Assembly (NCBI GenBank): GCA_022072205.1
Contig: JAJVID010000091.1
Span: 1,192-65,191 of the forward strand
Direction of reading: 5' to 3'
DNA length: 64,000 nt
Origin: Acidobacteriota bacterium
GTDB lineage: Bacteria > Acidobacteriota > Blastocatellia > RBC074
Below, piece after piece: positions 8,638 through 18,742 of this stretch. The notes below the pieces were generated by a model that saw only the letters and a program-made list of their open reading frames with translations, had not been told where the DNA came from and searched no databases. Both the position numbers and the translations under genes were made by a program. Every line of letters begins with the position of its first letter. Positions within the stretch are counted from its first letter, which is position 1.

Positions 8638-10380
8638 TCAATAACCAAGCGACTTGCCGTCGAGTCGCGGGTCGCTGCCTCCCAATCGCACGCCCGTCTT
8701 GTCTTCGATCATGATTCCTTCGGCATCGCCCATGTAACGCGGATTGGCGAACTTGTGCCCCATTGCTCTCAACCTGTTCATCACATCCGGCGACAGCCCA
8801 TAAGGTTCGTAAGTGATCTGATCCGGCATCCATTGATGATGCACGCGCGGCCAGTCAATCGCCTGCTGGATGTTCATCCCGTGATCAACGATGTTGATGA
8901 TCACCTGCGTGACCGTGTTGATGATCGTCGGGCCGCCGGGACTGCCGACCGCGAACCACAGCTTGCCGTCTTTCAGAACAATTGTCGGCGTCATTGCCGA
9001 GAGCGGGCGTTTGCGCGCGGCGACGGCGTTGGCCTCGCCCTGAATCAAACCGTAGGCGTTCGGCGAGCCGGGCTTGGCCGCGAAATCGTCCATCTCATTG
9101 TTAAGCAGAAAACCAGCGCCTTCGACCGTGATCTTGTTCCCGAAGCTGTCGTTGATCGTGTACGTGTTCGACACGACGTTGCCATCTTTGTCCACGACCG
9201 TGAAGTGAGTTGTCTCTTCAGATTCGTAAGGCAGCGGGTCGCCGTTTCTGACTTCCTGCGAAGTCGAGGCGCGTTCGAGGTCAATTGTCGCGGCCAATTT
9301 GTCGGCGTATTTGCGCGAGATCAGGCCTGCCACTGGAACTTTGACGAAATCGGTGTCGCCCAGGAACTGCGCGCGGTCGGCGAACGCGCGGCGCATCGCC
9401 TCGATCATCACGTGAATCGCCTGCGACGATCCGGCGCCCATTGATTTCAGATCGTAGCGTTCCAGGATGTTAAGCATTTCAATCATCGCAATCCCGCCCG
9501 AAGACGGCGGCGGCATCGTGATGATCTCGTGCCCGCGATAAGTCGTCCGCAGCGGTTCGCGTTCGACGGCCTTGTAATTCTTCAGGTCTTCGACGGTCAT
9601 CCAGGGCTTTCCACCCTTCGCCGCGCGACGCATGCTCTCTTCGATCAACTGCGCGGTCTTGCCTTCGTAAAATTCGCGCGGCCCCTGTTTGATCATCCGC
9701 TCGAAGACGGCGGCCAGCTCCGGCTGTTTGAAAATCTCGCCGGTCTCGTAAGGCCTGCCGTCGCGCAGGAAGATTCGTTTCGTTTCGGGATAACGCGAAA
9801 GGCTGCGGCTTGCGCCTTTCAAACTGCGTTCGAGTTGATACCAGACCGGGAAGCCGTCAGCGGCCAGTTTGCGCGCAGGTTCTGCGACATCGGCCCATTT
9901 CATCGTGCCGTATTTTTCGAGCGCTTGAGCCAGGCCGGCGACCGTGCCCGGCACGCCAGCGGCTCGATGGCCATAGGTCGAAGACTCGTCAACGTATTCG
10001 CCCTTGTCGTTCAGATAAACGTTGCGATGCGCGGCGGCAGGCCCCATCTCGCGGTAATCAATTACGGTAGCCTTGCCGCTGGCTTGCCGGATGACCATAA
10101 ATCCGCCGCCGCCCAGATTGCCCGCCGAAGGCCACACAACGGCCAGCGCCAATCCGACTGCGACCGCCGCGTCAACCGCGTTGCCGCCACGTTTCATCAC
10201 GTCAACGCCGACCTGCGAAGCGATCTCGCTGACCGATGAAACCATCCCGTGCTGGCCACGAACGGGCGGACGCGAGGCGGCTTGTGTTGACGGAACTGAA
10301 CTGAGATATGAAGGAGCGGCTGTGAATGAAAACAACAGCGCGAAACAGAGGAAAACAGAAAAAACTCTTTTAGGGATCAT
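8638..10380 (-). CDS. ggt: gamma-glutamyltransferase, secreted
   Basis: Has a signal peptide, then GGNAVDAAVAVGLALAVV, ETTHFTVVDKDGNVVS (nucleophile Thr) and GSPGGPTII. Confidence 0.9.
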   Translation of the reverse strand: MIPKRVFSVFLCFALLFSFTAAPSYLSSVPSTQAASRPPVRGQHGMVSSVSEIASQVGVDVMKRGGNAVDAAVAVGLALAVVWPSAGNLGGGGFMVIRQASGKATVIDYREMGPAAAHRNVYLNDKGEYVDESSTYGHRAAGVPGTVAGLAQALEKYGTMKWADVAEPARKLAADGFPVWYQLERSLKGASRSLSRYPETKRIFLRDGRPYETGEIFKQPELAAVFERMIKQGPREFYEGKTAQLIEESMRRAAKGGKPWMTVEDLKNYKAVEREPLRTTYRGHEIITMPPPSSGGIAMIEMLNILERYDLKSMGAGSSQAIHVMIEAMRRAFADRAQFLGDTDFVKVPVAGLISRKYADKLAATIDLERASTSQEVRNGDPLPYESEETTHFTVVDKDGNVVSNTYTINDSFGNKITVEGAGFLLNNEMDDFAAKPGSPNAYGLIQGEANAVAARKRPLSAMTPTIVLKDGKLWFAVGSPGGPTIINTVTQVIINIVDHGMNIQQAIDWPRVHHQWMPDQITYEPYGLSPDVMNRLRAMGHKFANPRYMGDAEGIMIEDKTGVRLGGSDPRLDGKSLGY

Positions 10381-10706
10381 GCTCTATCTCCGTTATCGTG
10401 ATTCGATTTGTATCGGTCCATTGCAAGTCCAATTAAGACGCATAAGGACATGAAAGCCAGTATGTGTTTCCATAAAAACACAGCCACTATTGGCAAGAAA
10501 CCGAGACCTTGAGACAAGTATTCACGAAAGCTACAGGGTTGGCCAATCTCATCAAACACCAGGAATTGGTAGCAGCGTCCGTTGTACGTGCGCGCAGCGG
10601 AAATTGAAATATAAATCGCCAAACAAAGAAAGAATAGAAGCGGCGCTGCGAATGCGACAATCACGCCTCTGATTGAATAACGGTACTTCTTTATCAGTGA
10701 CGCCAA
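10377..10706 (-). CDS. small hydrophobic protein, unknown function
   Basis: 109-aa ORF with 2-3 predicted TM stretches in a visibly AT-richer patch. TTG start lies 4 nt after the hepT stop, and the ORF overlaps the ggt start by 4 nt. Confidence 0.35.
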   Translation of the reverse strand: MASLIKKYRYSIRGVIVAFAAPLLFFLCLAIYISISAARTYNGRCYQFLVFDEIGQPCSFREYLSQGLGFLPIVAVFLWKHILAFMSLCVLIGLAMDRYKSNHDNGDRA

Positions 10707-10709
10707 TCT

Positions 10710-11059
10710 CTAGTTTGCGCCCGCAATCAGCATTGCTTGAATCTTTGTCGCCAAATCCGGCAAGTCTTCAATCACTGTTTTCCAGACGACTTCAACATTC
10801 ACTCCGAAATAGTCGTGAGTCAACTTATCCCGCATCCCGGTCATCTCTCGCCAGGGGATTTCTGAGTGTTGATCACGAACTTCTTGCGGAATGCGTTTAG
10901 CGGCTTCTCCAACGATCTCCAGGGCGCGAACCACAGCGAATATCGTTTTGTCATCTGCAACGAACTGATCTAAGGGCACTCCACTGATGAACTGATTGGC
11001 CTTACCTATGCGTCCAGAATATCTCGCAAATAGTCATTGTGATCGCGTCCGGATTTCAT
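10710..11059 (-). pseudogene. hepT: HepT (DUF86) toxin, reading frame broken by a 1-nt frameshift near codon 17
   Basis: ATG at 11059 overlaps the mntA stop (ATGA) and reads MKSGRDHNDYLRDILDA then TAG at 11008-11006. The adjacent frame continues IGKANQFISGVPLDQFVADDKT...RDKLTHDYF (Rx4HxY). Confidence 0.7.
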
Positions 11060-11358
11060 ACCGCGATGACCTCTTCAAGAATTCGTTCGCCGATGCGAGG
11101 TTTAAGCGCGTCTCTCATCACAAGATCAACTTTCACACCCAGCAAATCAGACAGATAATTCTCCATCTCCATGAATTTCAGAAGTCCAGGCGGGTCGTCA
11201 AACGTGACTAACAGATCGAGATCGCTGTCGTCGCATTCTTCGTGGCGCGCGTAGGAGCCGAAGATGCCCAGAGATCGCACACGATACCGAGTCGCCAACG
11301 CTGGCAAATGCTGACGCAGTCTGGCAATGTGGATTTCGACCCCATTATCTTTCGCCAT
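11056..11358 (-). CDS. mntA: MntA-type nucleotidyltransferase antitoxin
   Basis: GIFGSYARHEECDDSDLDLLV is the GSxxR...DxD minimal nucleotidyltransferase motif. ATG at 11358 has an AGGAAG RBS. Confidence 0.8.
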   Translation of the reverse strand: MAKDNGVEIHIARLRQHLPALATRYRVRSLGIFGSYARHEECDDSDLDLLVTFDDPPGLLKFMEMENYLSDLLGVKVDLVMRDALKPRIGERILEEVIAV

Positions 11359-11405
11359 AGATGTTCTTCCTGCTTGATTTGGCGGAAATTCTATCCTCTT
11401 CAACT

Positions 11406-12962
11406 CTATCTTGGATACAGTCTGAAAAACAATGCCTCGATCTCGTCTGTCCGCTCTTTGGCGCGAGTGATCAATTCGGTGATCTCGGCGCGCTGCCGCC
11501 GGTTGAAATCTTCGTCGCTGATCGTCAGCAGGTTCGAGAGCACGTTGTAAGCGGCGCCGCGCATCGCGGTCATCGCCAGTTGAGCGCCCGTCGCCAGGTC
11601 GGCGAAGGCGCTGGGGTTGCCGATCTCGGTCAGTTCGTTGAGCAATTCCAGAACTTCCATCGCGTTTTGCGCGATCCGCAGCGGCGACGCCACAGCATTC
11701 TTCGTCGCCTGCTCCAGCGCCATCGTGCGCGCCAGGCGTTCGGCCTCAGTGTCGCGTGGCAGAGCGATGGCTTCGGCCACCTGTTTGCGGCCTTCGGTCT
11801 CTTCCGCAGAGGCGAGGCGTAAATCCGCGCTGAGTTGTCTCAGTTGGTCCAGCACTCCGCGCGCCTCTTCGTCTGACGACCTCTTCTGGTTGATGGTCAG
11901 GCTGCACACCAATTCGCCCAGCGCCGCAGCAAGCGCGCCCGCCTGGGCGGCGGCGCTCCCGCTGTCGGTCACCGGCTGGCTAACTTGTAAAACTCCGATC
12001 GGGGGCGGTTGCCGCACGGGGGCGCGCTCTTCGTATTCAAAGCCCGGCTCGATCTTCGACAATTCAGCTTGCAGGCGTTTTTCAAGAATCAGGTCATCGC
12101 TGAAGTTTTCGATCTGCATATAGAACTCGCTGCAGGCGTTGAGCGCCGCTTGCGGTATCAGGCCGACGATCTCGCTTCCTGCAACCGCCACTCCGTAACG
12201 CGCGGCTTCGCGTTTGACCATCTCGAATGCGCGGAAGATCGGCGTCAGTTCGTAATTGACCAGATTCATTGAAACCTGCGCCTGGCCCCGGCTTTTCATT
12301 TCAAGCCCAAGCGCTTTGACGTAAAGCAATCCGCCGTCGCTGCCACGCACGCTGCGAGCGATCTTCTTCGCTACGGACAGATCGTCTGTCGTCAGATTGA
12401 TGTTGAAAGCGACCAGCGGCAGCCGCGCGCCCACAGCCATCGCGCCGGCTGTCGGATGAATGCGCCGCGTGCCGAAATCGGGTTTGCGGTCAGGGTCGCT
12501 CTCAATCGAATCACGAAGCGCCTCGAATTCGCCTCGCCGCACATCCGCAAGATCAATCCGGTCGCGGCGCGTCGCGGCTTTTTCGTAAAGGTAAACCGGG
12601 ATGTCCAGTTCGTCCGCGATGCGCTGGCCTGCGTTTCGCGCGATGACCACGCACTCATCCATCGTCAGCCCTCTGATCGGCACAAATGGCAACACGTCGA
12701 GCGCGCCCATTCGCGGATGAACGCCATCGTGCGCGTTCAGGTCAATCAGTTCAATCGCGGCGGCGGCGGCGCGCACGGCGGCCTCGACAACCGATTCAGG
12801 CTCGCCCGCGAAAGTAATCACGGAGCGGTTGTGATCAGCGTCCAGCGTGTAATCGAGCACCGCCACACGCGGAACCGTCGCAATGGTTCTGGCTATCAAT
12901 CCGATCTTTTCCCGGTCACGGCCTTCACTGAAGTTCGGAATACATTCGACGATCTTTTTCAT
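11406..12962 (-). CDS. ftcD: bifunctional glutamate formimidoyltransferase / formimidoyl-THF cyclodeaminase
   Basis: The N-terminus MKKIVECIPNFSEGRD is canonical FTCD_N. The C-terminal helical domain with AAQAGALAAALGELVCSLT is cyclodeaminase-like. Confidence 0.85.
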   Translation of the reverse strand: MKKIVECIPNFSEGRDREKIGLIARTIATVPRVAVLDYTLDADHNRSVITFAGEPESVVEAAVRAAAAAIELIDLNAHDGVHPRMGALDVLPFVPIRGLTMDECVVIARNAGQRIADELDIPVYLYEKAATRRDRIDLADVRRGEFEALRDSIESDPDRKPDFGTRRIHPTAGAMAVGARLPLVAFNINLTTDDLSVAKKIARSVRGSDGGLLYVKALGLEMKSRGQAQVSMNLVNYELTPIFRAFEMVKREAARYGVAVAGSEIVGLIPQAALNACSEFYMQIENFSDDLILEKRLQAELSKIEPGFEYEERAPVRQPPPIGVLQVSQPVTDSGSAAAQAGALAAALGELVCSLTINQKRSSDEEARGVLDQLRQLSADLRLASAEETEGRKQVAEAIALPRDTEAERLARTMALEQATKNAVASPLRIAQNAMEVLELLNELTEIGNPSAFADLATGAQLAMTAMRGAAYNVLSNLLTISDEDFNRRQRAEITELITRAKERTDEIEALFFRLYPR

Positions 12963-13155
12963 AAGGGAGAGCTTGCCTTTGAACAAATAGCGCCAGGCGC
13001 CCACGAAATTCCCGGCTCGTCATTCGACTAATCGCGGAGCAACGCCCCCGGAGTTCCAGGAGTAATGCGCAAATTGAAAAAGCTATGGGGAAACGTAGCG
13101 GTAGTTTAGCCCAACTGAAGAAGGTGTGAAATCAATTCAGGCTGAGCGACGGTCA

Positions 13156-13653
13156 CTATTCTTCGGTTTCCGGCTCGATTTCCGTCTTATCTTCTTCAGA
13201 CGGAAAAGCGACGCGCCCGTAAACTTCACTCAACGACAAGCGGCAATCAATCGAAGGCGGATGAATCGAGCTTCCGAGGCCGGGAGCTTCGGTCATCAAC
13301 CAACCGTCCGGGCGCCGCGAGTAAACCTCGATCAACGGCATTGTTTGCTCGATCAACACGTAATCCTGCAACGAATCGTTGTGTGTGCGGTAGCGGCGGA
13401 GTTTTTCGTCGCGGTTAAAGTCCTCAGTTGAGCCGGAGAGAATCTCGATGATAACTATCGGGTTGATGAGCGCGTCCCGAAACTTGTCGTGAAATTCCGG
13501 CTCGCCACACACCACCGTCAAATCGGCATAGGAGAACACTCCCTTGTTTGTCTTTTGTTCCTGGAAGAACGTTCCGGAGTTCACCTTCATGTTAGGTGAA
13601 TGCGCTACACCGGCGACAGCCGAGTGAGTTGAAAGTTCATTGACAATCACCAA
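13156..13653 (-). pseudogene. Uma2 family endonuclease, N-terminal ~35-45 aa missing, abuts IS remnant
   Basis: YADLTVVCGEPEF...NPIVIIEILSGSTEDFNRDEKLRRY...LQDYVLIEQ is the Uma2 nuclease core. No upstream N-terminal region or ATG is present, and the frame runs into the IS end. Confidence 0.55.
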
Positions 13654-13660
13654 ATGAGAG

Positions 13661-14880
13661 TCAGGGCGATGCCTGACTCAATGTCTGAGCCTGTTTTTTC
13701 ACCTCGTTGGTCTCTTTGGGACGCTTTTTGACTACATCGAAGCGTATGCGCTTGGCGCGAGTGCGCCCGAGAGACCAGCCTGGCGAAATTCCCCGAGGTT
13801 TAGGCTCGCTGGCCGGTATGCCAACCCCCGCCAAAACTCCGCCCATTGCCTGGTGAACGCGTCCTGGCGTCATCTTCTCGGGCGGTTGCGGCTTTTGCCA
13901 GGGGCGTGGATTGTCTTTGGCCGCGCAACGGGCCAGCCACAATTGCCAACTCGCGATCATCATCAATGCGCTCCATAACTCGCCCTGCTCAGGCGTGGAG
14001 AATTGCGGCATCTTCCAATGAAGCGACTGGTTGATGAAACGATACCAGTGTTGAACTACATACCGGCTCAGGTATTGGCGCCAGAGGGCCGACCTTCGCG
14101 GCAGCTTCTCTTCGCCGCAGTAACCGAGCCAGATCACTCCGGGATCGCGCCGGGTTTTGCGCGCTTTCAATTGTTCGACTCGTAGCAGCGTGATGGCCCG
14201 ATCGGGCGCGTCTTCGAAGTGAAGATTGCCCCGACGCTTGATCTTCATCGGCACGAGCTTTTGGTCCTCGAACTCCCACTCTTCGTCGGGCGCGGGCCAG
14301 GTGGTCGGGTCTGAAAGTCGAAAGATGCTGCCGCGTTTCGGATGGGGGCCTCGTCCTTTGTAAGGGCCCGGCGCAAGACGCAGCTTGCGATTGGGGCGCA
14401 CGCGAAAGAGCAGGTCACACGGGATGCCATCAGTCTGCTTGACAAAGACGCCGCTGCCGTATTCAGCGTCAAAGAGTCCACGCGGGCGCTCAGGCAACAG
14501 GGGCAGACCTCTTTGAGTTGTTCAGCCATCTTGGCTGAAGGCGTCGTGCCGCTCTTGATCCTCTCGTGTAACAGCGCACGCGACCAGGCCGTGTGATCAC
14601 CGACCAACAATGGTCGGGAATCTGTCGTCAAGTTCTCGACCTCGAGTTTGAGTAACTCTTGGCGACTGTGGCGTCGTCAGGATGGCGCCGATCAACTCGA
14701 AGAGCGCATCGCGCGCTTTTGTCAAACAACCATAAATGGATCGGCGGAAGGCCGCCAACTTGCTACGCTGCGATTGGGTAGTGGTTTTGTTGTTCACACC
14801 TCAATCGCACTACCTGACAGCGGCTTTGGCAAGCCCATTACCGCTGTCTTCTTTGACCAAAAACAGGTCCGATTAGTCTA
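13661..14880 (-). mobile_element. decayed IS (IS701/IS4-like DDE transposase split over three frames)
   Basis: Transposase pieces are 14797..14597 (MNNKTT...ALFELIGAIL), 14631..14245 (LLVGDHTAWSR) and 14497..13661 (LFDAEYGSG...YVVQHWYRFINQSLHW). Imperfect terminal inverted repeats lie around CCTGTTTTT (about 13674-13698 vs 14858-14879). Confidence 0.6.
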
Positions 14881-14966
14881 AACTCGAATTCATAGTCAGC
14901 CACGCGAAGTCTGTAAACCGTGATGATCACAGCGTCCTGATTATATTTGCTTCCTTCAGGCGAGTC

Positions 14967-16109
14967 TCAAATGAACGCCGCAAAGACTTCATTCGCCAAC
15001 ACCGTGCCTGCGCGCGAAATTTTCAATCTGTTTTCGTCGAACTCGATCAAGCCGGCTTCGCGCAACCGCTCGATCTCGTCGCGGTAACGTTCCAGCGTGT
15101 TGACACCGAATCGCCGCTGATGTTCGCCGAGATCAACGCCATCTTTCAATCGCAAACGCAAAAACAGATTCTCGCTTTGCCGGTCGTCTTCGTTGAGTTC
15201 AATCGTTTCGGCGACCGGCGACTGGCCGCTCTCGATCTTTGCCAGATATTCGTGGATGTTGCGCGTGTTCGACCATCGGGTTTGGCCGTCGTAGCCAGCG
15301 GCTGAAACTCCGAAGGCCCAGTAGGGCGCTCCCGTCCAGTATTTCAGGTTGTGGCGCGACTCGAAGCCGGGCCGCGCCCAGTTTGAAATCTCGTAATGCT
15401 CGAAGCCTTGTCGTTCGGCCTCGTCCACCAGCGCGAAATACATCTCGACGGTCAGTTCGTCGTCAATCGCGCGCAACTCGCCTCGATTGATTCGGTGCAG
15501 CAGCGGCGCGTCTTTGTAAAGTTCGAGCAGGTAGACCGACAGGTGATCAGGTTCGAGCGCGAAAGCTTCTTCCAGGTTGCGCCGCCACGTCTCCAATTTC
15601 TGTTCCGGCAATCCGGCGATCAGATCAATGCTGACGTTTGCGAAACCTGCGGCGCGCGCCATCCGCACGGCTTCGCGCGCGTCTTCGGATGAATGCGTGC
15701 GCCCGATCATTTGCAATTCGCCGTCGTCGAAGGATTGCACGCCGAAACTCAATCGGTTGACGCCAGCCGCTCGCAACTCTTCGAGATAATTTTGAGAAAC
15801 CGATCCGGGATTAGCCTCGGCGGTGATTTCGGAATCTGGCGCAATGTCGAATGTTTGGCGGCAGGTTTCGATCAGGTCTGAAATCTGTTCGATGGTTAAA
15901 GTCGTCGGCGTGCCTCCACCGAAGTAGATCGTGTCCGCTCGCCGCATCTCAGGCTTTTTTGAAACTTCGGCGCGTTCGATCTCCGCGCGCGCGGCGGCTG
16001 TGTAGCGGCGCGCCAGTTCAGATTCGTATCCGCCAGTGGCGAAATTGCAGTAATGGCAGCGCGTCGCGCAGAACGGTATGTGAATGTAGATACCCGCGAG
16101 GTGTTTCAT
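14967..16109 (-). CDS. hemW: radical SAM heme chaperone HemW (HemN-like)
   Basis: [16 protein letters not shown] is the CxxxCxxC radical-SAM motif. Also has GGGTP and a HemN C-terminal domain. Confidence 0.9.
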   Translation of the reverse strand: MKHLAGIYIHIPFCATRCHYCNFATGGYESELARRYTAAARAEIERAEVSKKPEMRRADTIYFGGGTPTTLTIEQISDLIETCRQTFDIAPDSEITAEANPGSVSQNYLEELRAAGVNRLSFGVQSFDDGELQMIGRTHSSEDAREAVRMARAAGFANVSIDLIAGLPEQKLETWRRNLEEAFALEPDHLSVYLLELYKDAPLLHRINRGELRAIDDELTVEMYFALVDEAERQGFEHYEISNWARPGFESRHNLKYWTGAPYWAFGVSAAGYDGQTRWSNTRNIHEYLAKIESGQSPVAETIELNEDDRQSENLFLRLRLKDGVDLGEHQRRFGVNTLERYRDEIERLREAGLIEFDENRLKISRAGTVLANEVFAAFI

Positions 16110-16143
16110 AGAGACAGGCAGTATAGCACGCCGGTTAATCCGA

Positions 16144-17409
16144 CTATGGCAACCAGGAGAGATGAAACGTATAGAACGCGGTTAGAACCAACAGCCAGAG
16201 CGCGCCTGCGACGCTGACGATCAAATGTACGGATTGTCTGGCTCCCCATTCGGCCAGCAGAAAAACCAGCGGGATGGCCAGCAGACAATGCTTCGGCAAT
16301 CCCATATAAGCCCACGGAGTCCCGGTCGAATAAGAAAAGCTGACGATTGTCACTACGACGGCGTAAAGCAGATACGAGACTCTCATCCTCCACAACCGCC
16401 TGGCGCCCAGACCCAACACCAGCGCGTAGAAAGAGCCGCCCAGCAGATCAATGGCATTGGTTGTGTTGAAAGACTTGATGGCGATCAACAGCGCCTGCCA
16501 GGGTGGAACAAAACTTTGATTGGGCACAACCGCGTTGGCGCTTTGGCTGATTAGTAATCCATATATCAGCGACTGCGGTTTCTGCCAGTCCACTGAAACG
16601 TCGGATAGCGCAACGGCGCGGAAAATCAGCCACGCCAGCAGAGCCGACGGGATCAACAATAGATTGAGGGCTTTTCTCCAACTGGCCCAGCCCACTTTGG
16701 CGAATTGCCGAATTCCGCCAGACGATTGCAGAAATTCACAAACCAGCGGGAGCAGAAGAAAGATTCCCTGCTGGCGGGTCAAAACGGCAAGACCTCCGGT
16801 CACGCCCGCCAGAAACCATCGGTCTTCTCTGGCGCTGATCAAACACAGTGTCGAGCAGAGCAGGAAGAGAGATTCGGTGTATGGCGCGAACAGGATGAAC
16901 GCCGAAGGCAGCATCAGGAAGTAAAAAGAGGTTCGCTGCGCCGCGCGTTTCGGCAGGTCGAATGCGGCCAGCCGCTCGAGGCTGATCAAAAAGAGAATCG
17001 TGCAAATGTTGCTGACGATGAATAATCCCAGCAGTTCATTGCCGCCCGTCAACAATCCCGCCAGTTTTCCAAGCAGCGGATAAAGCGGGTGAAAGGACGA
17101 TGTCCCGTCTTCGGCTCGGTACCCGCGTTCGGCGATTTTCAAAAAGTGTTCGACGTCCCAGCGATTCCACGGCTCGAGAAAAACTCTCGTCAGCCACGCG
17201 CCGAACGGAGCGCTCGGAGGCCAAACCGCAACTTGCTTTTCAAGCTGCGAATGCGGGAGACTGGCCGAACAGAACAGCGCCCATAATGAAAGTCCCACGC
17301 GCGTCACCAGCCAGAAGGAGATGATTCTTCGCCAGGCAGGAGCGTCAGCCGGGCCAGGCTTTTTGAAGTCGGCGGCGCGTGATTCTGAGTGTTCCGGGCA
17401 GGGTTTCAT
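16144..17409 (-). CDS. polytopic membrane glycosyltransferase, PIG-V/mannosyltransferase-like (GT-C)
   Basis: [17 protein letters not shown]...[10 protein letters not shown] resembles the PIG-V family loop motif. It has at least 9 predicted hydrophobic helices. Confidence 0.6.
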   Translation of the reverse strand: MKPCPEHSESRAADFKKPGPADAPAWRRIISFWLVTRVGLSLWALFCSASLPHSQLEKQVAVWPPSAPFGAWLTRVFLEPWNRWDVEHFLKIAERGYRAEDGTSSFHPLYPLLGKLAGLLTGGNELLGLFIVSNICTILFLISLERLAAFDLPKRAAQRTSFYFLMLPSAFILFAPYTESLFLLCSTLCLISAREDRWFLAGVTGGLAVLTRQQGIFLLLPLVCEFLQSSGGIRQFAKVGWASWRKALNLLLIPSALLAWLIFRAVALSDVSVDWQKPQSLIYGLLISQSANAVVPNQSFVPPWQALLIAIKSFNTTNAIDLLGGSFYALVLGLGARRLWRMRVSYLLYAVVVTIVSFSYSTGTPWAYMGLPKHCLLAIPLVFLLAEWGARQSVHLIVSVAGALWLLVLTAFYTFHLSWLP

Positions 17410-17420
17410 CGTTGGCGAAC

Positions 17421-18740
17421 TTATTCAGGTTTTGTATACGGATCGCTGGACATGCGCGACAAGCGCCGCATTAGCCATAACAGCAATAGCAAACTCAAGG
17501 TCGGAATCAGGCTGATCAGCCCCGCCGCAAAAGGCACTCCCTCTGATCCGTCCGAGCGCTCTTCAATCAAAAATATCTTCGTCACGTCTGCAAGCGAAGA
17601 GCCTGGTATCAGAAGAATCAAGGCGAGGATCGCTGTCGCGATGGTTTCCCGCCTCGGAAAGTTCATTTGCGACAGCGCGCGGATCGTGATCAACATCGGA
17701 ATCGCGGCCATGATTATGTAATGCGCCCACATTATCGGGCTGATGAGTATGCTCACGATGACCATTAGCCCGTACGATAAATCAAAATTCTTTGTCTTGA
17801 GCGCCAGCCGCAGCCCGGCAATTAGCACCGCGAGAGGCAAGGCGAAAGAAATCAGTTTTGCCAGCGCCGGAACGTAAATCAACGGTGGCGATTCGATGGA
17901 GATCAGCGCAGGTGATGTAGTGCCCGCGAATAACCTGTAGCCAACGCTCCACAAAGAGATGTTGCCGCCATGTGCGCGGTAGTATGAAAAGAGGAGTGGG
18001 CCGACGTGAGTGAAGTAGGACAGAAACGAGTGCCATCCCATTATCGCGGCGGCTGTGAGATTGAGTATCAACGCAGCCGCTGCCGCCGAAATCACGCTCA
18101 ACCATTTACGACGCAATATCAGAAAGATTACCAATGGCCACCCGATGAACTTGAGCGCGACTGCGAAACCCAGAGCCATCCCACCGCTTATTTGACCGGC
18201 GATATCAGCCTTCGGAGAGTCATTGTCACGCAACTTTTGCCAGGCAAACGCCAGAAGGAGCAATAGAATTGTGCTGACCTGACCCAGGACAAGCTCAGTC
18301 CAGACGTGGCCCCAACCCAAAGCCGTCCAGGCGATGAGCAAGACCGGTGGAAGCGCAATCCTGCCTGTCCACCATTTCCACAGAAGTGCGACGGACGCAA
18401 ACAGGCAGATTATTTCAACCAGAAGCCAGATCAATGCGGCGCGCTCATACCCAAAGAGAGCCAGCGGCAGGCTGAGCAGCGCGATTGATGGCGGATGCGG
18501 CGTCGGGTGCGGCAGGATCGCGTGTGGCAGAACCATTCCAAGCTTACTGGCTAGTTCGGGCAAGGTGAGGTAAGGATAACACCCAACGAAGATAGACTTT
18601 GCCAGAAGGTATTCTTGAATGAAGTCCTTGCGGTAGATGTTCTCCGGCGCAAAAGATTTGATTATGAGTTGCGCTCCGGCCAGACCGAATACGATGGCAA
18701 TTGTGATGAGGATATATTTGAATTTGCGGAAGAAGTTCAT
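17421..18740 (-). CDS. DUF2029 / GT87-like polytopic membrane glycosyltransferase
   Basis: RKDFIQEYLLAKSIFVGCYPY is the N-terminal loop motif of the DUF2029 family. The protein is multi-TM and a paralog of 18743..20095. Confidence 0.6.
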   Translation of the reverse strand: MNFFRKFKYILITIAIVFGLAGAQLIIKSFAPENIYRKDFIQEYLLAKSIFVGCYPYLTLPELASKLGMVLPHAILPHPTPHPPSIALLSLPLALFGYERAALIWLLVEIICLFASVALLWKWWTGRIALPPVLLIAWTALGWGHVWTELVLGQVSTILLLLLAFAWQKLRDNDSPKADIAGQISGGMALGFAVALKFIGWPLVIFLILRRKWLSVISAAAAALILNLTAAAIMGWHSFLSYFTHVGPLLFSYYRAHGGNISLWSVGYRLFAGTTSPALISIESPPLIYVPALAKLISFALPLAVLIAGLRLALKTKNFDLSYGLMVIVSILISPIMWAHYIIMAAIPMLITIRALSQMNFPRRETIATAILALILLIPGSSLADVTKIFLIEERSDGSEGVPFAAGLISLIPTLSLLLLLWLMRRLSRMSSDPYTKPE

Positions 18741-18742
18741 GG

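Noticed and set aside
16106-16393. 95-aa minus ORF between hemW and the PIG-V-like gene
   Set aside because: It overlaps the 3' end of the 421-aa membrane protein gene in another frame and has no independent support.
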